64,000 nt of DNA from Felis catus (Eukaryota): the NCBI RefSeq assembly GCF_018350175.1, contig NC_058369.1, positions 5,582,001 to 5,646,000 on the forward strand, written 5' to 3'. Every line of letters starts with the position of its first letter. Within the stretch, counting starts at the first letter, position 1. Below, piece after piece: positions 56,812 through 64,000 of the stretch. The notes under the pieces were generated by a model. The model saw only the letters and a program-made list of their open reading frames with translations. It was not told where the DNA came from and did no database searches. Position numbers and translations under genes: made by a program.

Positions 56812-57162
56812 GATACACATTTCCCCCCCTGAAACTTTTGAGAAATAGTCACAGACATGACACTATCTTATTCCTAAATGTGTCAATTTATATTTCCTGA
56901 TAAGGAAGACACTCTCTTGGTCCGCCCCGGGGGGCTCAGTTGGTTAAGCGTGTTTGACTTCGGCTCAGGTCATGGTCTCGCGGTTCGTGGGTTCAAGCCC
57001 GGAGTTGGGCTCCATGCTGACAGCTCAGAGCCTGGAGCCTGCTTTGGATTCTGTGTCTCCCTCTCTCTCTACACCTCCTCTGTTTGTACTCTGTGTCTCT
57101 CTCTCTCTCAAAAATAAATAAACATTAAAAATTTTTAAAAAAAGAGAAATACACTCTCTTAC

Positions 57163-57380
57163 AAAGGGTTCTCTCCTTGTCACTGCTGACTTTGGGGCTG
57201 GAGAATTCTTTGCTGTGGGGACTGTCCAGTGCATGGTAGGATTTTTAGCATACCTGGCTTCCACCCACTAGATGTCAGTAGCACACATCTGCCGTGCTAA
57301 CTAACCCTGCTAACTATCACTAGTCCTGATAACTAACCCTGTCCCCTGGGTAACAGAACTGCCTCCAGTTAAGAACCATT
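57163..57380. mobile_element. MER20 (hAT-Charlie) remnant
   Basis: gggttctc...gaattctttgctgtggggactgtcc...cccactagatgtcagtagcac...aagaaccattg resembles the MER20 consensus. Confidence 0.7.
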
Positions 57381-59147
57381 GCTTATATAGCCATGGAACA
57401 ATGGTCACAATCAGAAAATTTAGTATTGATATACATTGCTAGCTATACTACAGACCTTGTTCAAATTTGATCAATCATTCAATACTATCTTTTATTTATT
57501 TTTATTTATTTAAAAAAATTTTTTTTACATTTATTTATTTTTGAGAGACACAGAGAGAAAGAGCACAAGTGGGGGAGAGGCAGAGAGAGAAGGAGACGCA
57601 GAATCCGAAGCAGGTTCCAGGCTCTGAGCTGTCAGCACAGAGCCTGACGTGGGGCTCGAACTCACAAGCCGTGGTACCATGACCTGAGCTGAAGTCGGAC
57701 GCTCAACCGACTGAGCCACCCAGGCGCCCCTCAATACTGTCTTTTAGACCAATTTTCATTTTCTGCTCTCTGGCCCAATCCAGGATCATGTATTGCATTT
57801 GGATGCCATGCCTTTTTAATTTCCTTCACCTGGAACATTCTTTCCCCTTTACTTGTCTTTTATGACAGTGACATTTTTGAAGATCATAATCCAATCCTTG
57901 TATAGAATGGCCTTGTTGGGTTTGTCTTACTTTTCCTCATGATCAGATGCAGGTTATGCATGTTTGGGAAGAATGCCACCAAAGGATAACGATGTGTCCT
58001 CCGTGCATTATATCAGGAGGCGATCGATATTCATTTGCCCCATTAAGGGCCATTTTAACTAAAATGACTTGGTGGGGACCTTGTCTGTCTGTTTCTCATC
58101 TGTAGCCTTGTAATTTTTCTCCTTTGTAATCAGTATGTTATGTTATGGACAGATACACTGGAGTTATGCAAAGATCCTGTTTTTCCTAAAACTTTCCATC
58201 ATTAGTTTCTTGCCTGCATCATTGTCCAGATTGGTTGCTTTTCATTGTTTTAAATAAATACTGAATAAGGACAAAAGGCTGCTTTTAACACGTGTGAAGG
58301 TAAGGAGTAACAATGAAACACACATTCGGGTAACGTTCCACCAGGCTGAGGAAGAGACCCAGCCCCATAAGAGAAACTCCAGCACCCCTCTTGCCTGGTG
58401 AAAGATACAAGTTGTTCAAACCTGGGGCTGGGGCAGGAGGGCAGCAGGGAAGACTGGGGTGATGGGGTCTTGGATAAGCCAGACATGGATTCCAGAACTA
58501 TTCCGGCAGTGAAACAAATAGGATGTGGACCAGCTGGATTTGGAGCCTGGAGAGGTGCCTGGAGGTTGAGGCTGGGGAGTGGGTGGAAGGAGATCCTGGT
58601 GTTTGAGATTCCCAGTTGGGGCCAGTCTGCCCTCAGGGTTGGGAGTGACTGTTTGGGGGTGGGGGGTGGGTAGGCACAGCCTCTCTGGAGCAGCTGAACA
58701 TTCCAGACTGGGGCGATGGCGGCTCTGGAGTTTCAGGAGCCCTTGATCTGGCAGAGGGGCCGAAAGTGGCTTCCAATGGGTTCCCGTGAGTTCTGGCATG
58801 GCCAGGAGCCCCTCTCTCTTCTCTGGCTCAAGCCTCATCTGGACAGGATGGGACAGAGAAGGGTCACGTTTTCCACCGTGAATGATGTTAGAAACCTGGA
58901 AAAAAAACATAACCTTCCAAAGATTATGTTTAACTTTTTGAGGAACTACCAAATCGTTTTCCCACAGTTACGTTCCCACCAGCAATGGATGAGGCTTCCA
59001 ATTTCTCCATCCTCGCCAACATTTATCTCGGTAATAGCCGTCCTAGTGAGTGGGAGGTGCTATCTCATTGCTGTTTCGATTTGCATTTTCCTAAAGACGA
59101 GTGATGGTGAGCATTTTTTCACGTGCTCATACAGCATTGTATCGTAC

Positions 59148-60015
59148 ACAGAATTCTCCCCTTATCCACCGGGCAGACATTCCAAGACCCCCTCCACGGA
59201 CACCAGAAACTGCAGATAGTGTGGAACCCTATATATACTATGTTTTTTCCTGGGCATCTATACCTATGACAAAGTTCGATTTATAAATTAGACACAATAA
59301 GAGATTAACAGCAATAATTAATAATAAAATAGAACAATTACAGTGATATACTGTCATAAAAGTCATGTGAATGTGCTCTCTCTCTCTCTCTCTCTCTCTG
59401 AAAATACCTCATTGTGCTGTACTCACCCTCCTTCTTGTGACGATGGGAGCTGATAAATTACCTAAGTCACGAGATGAAGTGAGGTGAATGACGGGTAGGC
59501 ATTGTGATGTAGGGTTAGGCTCCTCTAGGCCTTCTGACCATCTGCTTCCTAACCACCATTGACCACAGGTAATTAAAACTAGGTAAAGTGGGGCACCTGG
59601 GTGGCTCAGTCGGTTGGGCGTCCAACTTTGGCTCAGGTCATGATCCCACACTCGGTGAGTTCAAGCCCCGCATCAGGCTCTGGGCTGACAGCTTGGACCC
59701 TGGAGCCTGCTTTGGATTGTGTTTCCCTCTCTTTGCCCCTCCCCTGCCTCCTCTCTCTGTCTCTCTCAAAAATAAATAAACATTAAAAAAAAAATTAAAA
59801 CTAGGTAAAGCATTGGGGCATCTGGCTGGCTCAGTCGGTGGAGTGTGCGACTCTCGATCTTGGGGTCGTACGTTTGAGCCCCACGTTGGGCGTAGAGATT
59901 ACTTTTTAAAAATTAAATGGATAGGTGAAACTCCTCCTCCTGCTCCTGCTACAAAAAAGCCCCTCCCCCAAAGCCACGGAAAGTGAAACTGTGGATGTGG
60001 GCAGGGTGACTACTG
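59148..60015. mobile_element. MER44/Tigger7-type DNA transposon remnant, split by two SINEs
   Basis: Ends resemble the TIR (cag..tccccttatccac ... gtggatgtgggcagggtgactactg); internal AT-rich sequence recognised from memory of the MER44 consensus. Confidence 0.7.
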
Positions 60016-61548
60016 TGTCTCCTTTGGAGAGATATTCAAGTCCTTTGCCTGTTTTTGAATTGTGGGTTGTTCATCTTTTTGTTGTTGAGTTGTACGAATT
60101 CTTCATATATTCTGGATCTTGATCTGTTAGCAGGGGTATGACTTGCAAATATTTTCTCCCATTCTGTGGGTTGTCTTTCCACTCTGTTGATTGTGTCTCC
60201 TGATATTGCATCATATAGTGATTATTGCGTATCTCATGTGTTATGTTATATTGTATGCATCTAATATGTATAATATAACATGTATTCCAGCCAGCTCTGT
60301 TCACTAAAAAGTCTGCACACCATGACCAACCCGGTAATGAACATTCTTAGCACCCAAACTAATATAACTTCCCACCCAAAGAAATTAGAGTTTCTTGGAG
60401 TTTCTATCTGATGCAGGTCGGGGACAGAAGTCCAAGATGAGCCTGGAGCATCTGGTCATACAAGAGAGCAAGAACACTGTCAAAGACCAGGAGAGACATT
60501 CAAACAGCTTACAACCTGCAAAGGCTCCCACTGGCCAGGTGGGCCCATCAGTTGAAGCATGCTGTGTTTAAAAAATTTTTTAATGTTTATTTATCTTTGA
60601 GAGAGAGAGAGAGAGCACAAGCAGGGTAGGGGTGGAGACAGAGGGAGACACAGAATCCAAAGCAGACTCCAGGCTCCGAGCTGTCAGCGTGGAGCCCGAC
60701 TTGGGGCTTGAACCCACGAACCGTGAGAGCATGACCTGAGCTGAAGTCGGATGCTTAACTGACTCGACTGAGCCACCCAGGCGCCCCTAAAGATTTTATT
60801 ATTTTTAAATTAAAATTTATTTTATTATTTTTTATTGAATTCTTGTTTAATGTTTATTTTTGAGAGAGAGAGAGAGGAACAGAATAAGTGGGGGAGGGAC
60901 AGAGAGAGAGGGAGACACAGAATCCAAAGCAGGCTCCAGGCTCCGAGCCGTCAGCACAGAGCTTGACGCGGGGCTTGAACTCATGAACTGCGAGATCATG
61001 ACCTGAGCTGAAGTTGGATGTTCAACTGACTGAGCCACCCAGGTGTCCCAATATTTTATTTTTTAAGTAATCTCTACACCCAACATGGGGCTTGAACTTA
61101 CAACCCTGAGATCAAGAGTTGCATGGTCTACCGACTGAGCCAGGCAGGTGCCCCATACTGACTATGTATGTATGTATTTATTTATTTAATGTGTATTTAA
61201 TTTTGAGAGAGAAAAAGAGAGCACAAGTAGGGGAGAGGCAGAGAGAGGGAGACACAGAATCCGAAGCAGTCTCCCGGCTCCGAGCCATCAGCACAGAGCC
61301 CCATGTGGGGCTCGAACCCACGAACTGTGAGATCATGACCTGAGCCGAAGTCGGGCTCTCCACCGACTGAGCCACCCAGGCGCCCCCATACTGACTTTTT
61401 TAAAAAGCCTAATTCATCACCTTCAGAAGATGATGGGGAATCAATACATTATTTTGAAGAGTGGTATCTCTCTCTCAAAAATAAAATTTTTTTAAATTTA
61501 AAGATTTATTTTATTTTTGAGAGACAGTGCGCGAGTGAGTGGGGGAGG

Positions 61549-61584
<36 letters not shown>

Positions 61585-62374
61585 CCCAAGCAGGCTCCAT
61601 GACAGAGCTTGAGCCCACAGCCCTGGAATCATGACCTGAGCGGAAATCAAGAGTCAGAGGCTCAACCAGATGAGCCACCCAGGCGCCTCTGTCTTGCCTT
61701 TCTTATGATGAATGTGCCACTGGGAGCTAAATAGGACCTAATAAGCAGCACCTGGCAAGGGCAGCGTTCTAGCTAACAAATGAGGAAGAAACACCAGGAG
61801 GACACCTCTATCGTGCAGCTGCAGTGAACCACCAGCTCCCTGGCTGCCAGCCCCATGCAGGAGACACCATCAGAGTCTAGGTGTTCCGACGGAAGGTCCC
61901 AGCAACCCCCTAGCTGTGCCGGACAAGCCTGAGTCTGACCCCAGTTCTAGAACCTACTGCCAATCCGCAGGGAATGGGGAGGACAGAGGAACTCAAGTGT
62001 GGGATCCGCGACCGGCCCCCCGGCCCCGACCGTGGGAAATGCTCTGGGACAAACAGCCTGAGTTGGGCAATTGATTCGTTGTAAGGGAAGGAAAGGAATG
62101 GAGGGGGACACCGTGAATCAGAAGAGACTTAAAAGACAGATCGTTTCCTTTTTGAATGGGCAAGACTAAACTTCGATGTCTGCAGACTCCTCCTTGGGGG
62201 ACAGACAATTCAGAAACACAAAGCAGCGATTATTGCAAAAGTCACAACAGTGGTTACTTTGTGGAGCTGAGGCGTCCCTGCACCTGGGCCCTGTGCAGGG
62301 AGGGGCTTCTGGGGGTGCTGGCGACGTGCTACGTGTTGACCTGGGTGGGGGTTATCATGAGGGTCACCTTCGAG

Positions 62375-62588
62375 CTGGGTTTCTAAACTCAGCACTTTGA
62401 CATTCAGGCCGGATGATTCTTGGCTGTGTGTGTGTGTGTGGGGGGGTGCCTTTAACAACATCCTTGGCCTCCGCCCACTAGATGGCAAAAACAGCTCTTC
62501 CCCACGCCATCAAGACAATTAAAAAATGTCTCCCAGATATTGTTGGGTGTCCCCGAAGAGAAAAACCAGCCCTGGTTGGGAATCTCCT
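62375..62588. mobile_element. MER20 remnant
   Basis: gggtttctaaactcagcactttgacatt...cccactagatggca...aaaaatgtctcccagatatt...ctggttgggaa. Confidence 0.7.
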
Positions 62589-63067
62589 CTTCAGTAACTC
62601 CGTAAACTATGTACTTGGTTTATGTGGTTTCTTGGATCTGGCTCTGTGTATTTTTTTTTTTTTTTAGCAAAAGTATTTTTACTTAAGTTTATTGATTTAT
62701 TTGAGAGAGACAGAGATAGCACAAGAGGGTGAGGGGCGGGGAGAGAGAAGAGAGAGAGAAGGCCAAGCAGGCTCCACACTGCCAGCTGTGGAGCCCGACT
62801 CGGGGCTTGAACTCCCAAACCGTGAGACCATGACCTGTGCCGAAACCAAGAGTCGGCCGCTTCACTGACGGAGCCCCCTGGGTGCCCCCGTTTGTATTTT
62901 ATTTTACAATAAAAGTACTTGTAAATTTCCAGTTTGGGTTTCATGAGGAAACTGCACAGACATCTACAAAACGCAACGCAAACCAACAAAAGGCTAGAAA
63001 AAAAAAGACAAAGACAATGGAAACAGCCCAGGAGTTTTGTAAAGAGGAGTATCAGATATTGAACCAT

Positions 63068-63069
63068 TT

Positions 63070-63156
<87 letters not shown>

Positions 63157-63195
63157 CTCTTTCTTAGAAAGAGCCCATGAGCAGGAAGAGGGGCA

Positions 63196-63243
<48 letters not shown>
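63068..63243. repeat. (CTTT)n and (GA)n tracts expanded within a minus-strand SINE
   Basis: Directly visible. Confidence 0.9.
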
Positions 63244-63245
<2 letters not shown>

Positions 63246-64000
63246 CTCAAGTAGGCTCCACACTCAGCACAGAACCCAACCCCAGGCTCGATCCCATGAC
63301 CCAGGGATCATGACCTGAGCTGGAATCAAGAGTTGGATGCTTAACCGACTGAGCCACCCAGGCACCCCAGATTTTGAACCATATTCTAAAGCTACAATAG
63401 TTAAAGCAGAGTGGCACTGGGACAAAAAAAGACAAATGCATCTAGAAATAGAAGAAGCTGCCTCTGGAGGGGTATCGTTGTATCAGATAAAGTCTGAGCT
63501 GCTCCAGGCGCACGCTTCAGACGTACCTTTCTGCCTGTGCCTCCAGCTCTCCTCCCACCAATAAGCTGACCTCAACAAAGTTCCCCATGTCTGGAGCTTT
63601 CTACTCCTTTGCATGTACAGTTTCTCCCATTGGAGCACAATTCGCTAAGTGTCATGGCTGCCGGCTGCCTCCCTGGACCATGAAGTTCAGGGATTTGTCC
63701 CTCCCTTTTCCTTCTGTCCCATCCTGTCACCCCTTTACCATACACCTTGTCTTGAAAGTCTATCTCTGCCTGTCAGCTTTGTGGCCCAGGATGGCAGGAA
63801 TCATGACCCCCTCAGGGACCTACACAGTGCCTGGTATATATTAGGTGCTCAATAAATGCTAAATTAATTGGGAAATGCGTTAAAGAATCAAATGTAATTT
63901 AAAATCATTCAACAGGGGCATCCAGTTGGCTCACTTGGTAGAGCATGCAACTCTTGATTTCAGGGTGAGTTCAAGCCCCACATTGGGCATGGAGCCTCCT

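Overview
Mammalian genomic DNA, most likely a felid: it is dense in tRNA-derived CAN-SINEs with cat-type diagnostic bases. Three protein-coding genes lie head-to-tail on the minus strand. ANGPTL4 is complete (7 coding exons, 39464->33843, 1245 nt, 414 aa). RAB11B is complete (5 coding exons, 26202->16822, 657 nt, 218 aa). MARCHF2 is represented by its 5' end (CpG-island exon 1 near 7.8 kb and first coding exon 4961->4734); the rest lies beyond coordinate 1. This matches the ANGPTL4-RAB11B-MARCHF2 order I recall for human 19p13.2. All exon boundaries were read as GT-AG and the frames sum correctly. The region 41-64 kb is repeat-rich intergenic DNA with a decayed, internally deleted L1, MER20 and MER44 DNA transposons, an MLT1 LTR and many SINEs. 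I found no convincing wholly new biological system. The best leads are regulatory: a strong-Kozak uORF in MARCHF2, acceptor-plus-donor (AG|GTGAG) motifs on two ANGPTL4 exons, a triple PPRE cluster, a convergent CTCF pair around ANGPTL4, a small TSD-flanked retrocopy and several informative transposon nestings. Comparisons with human sequences and repeat consensuses are from memory, not from a database search.
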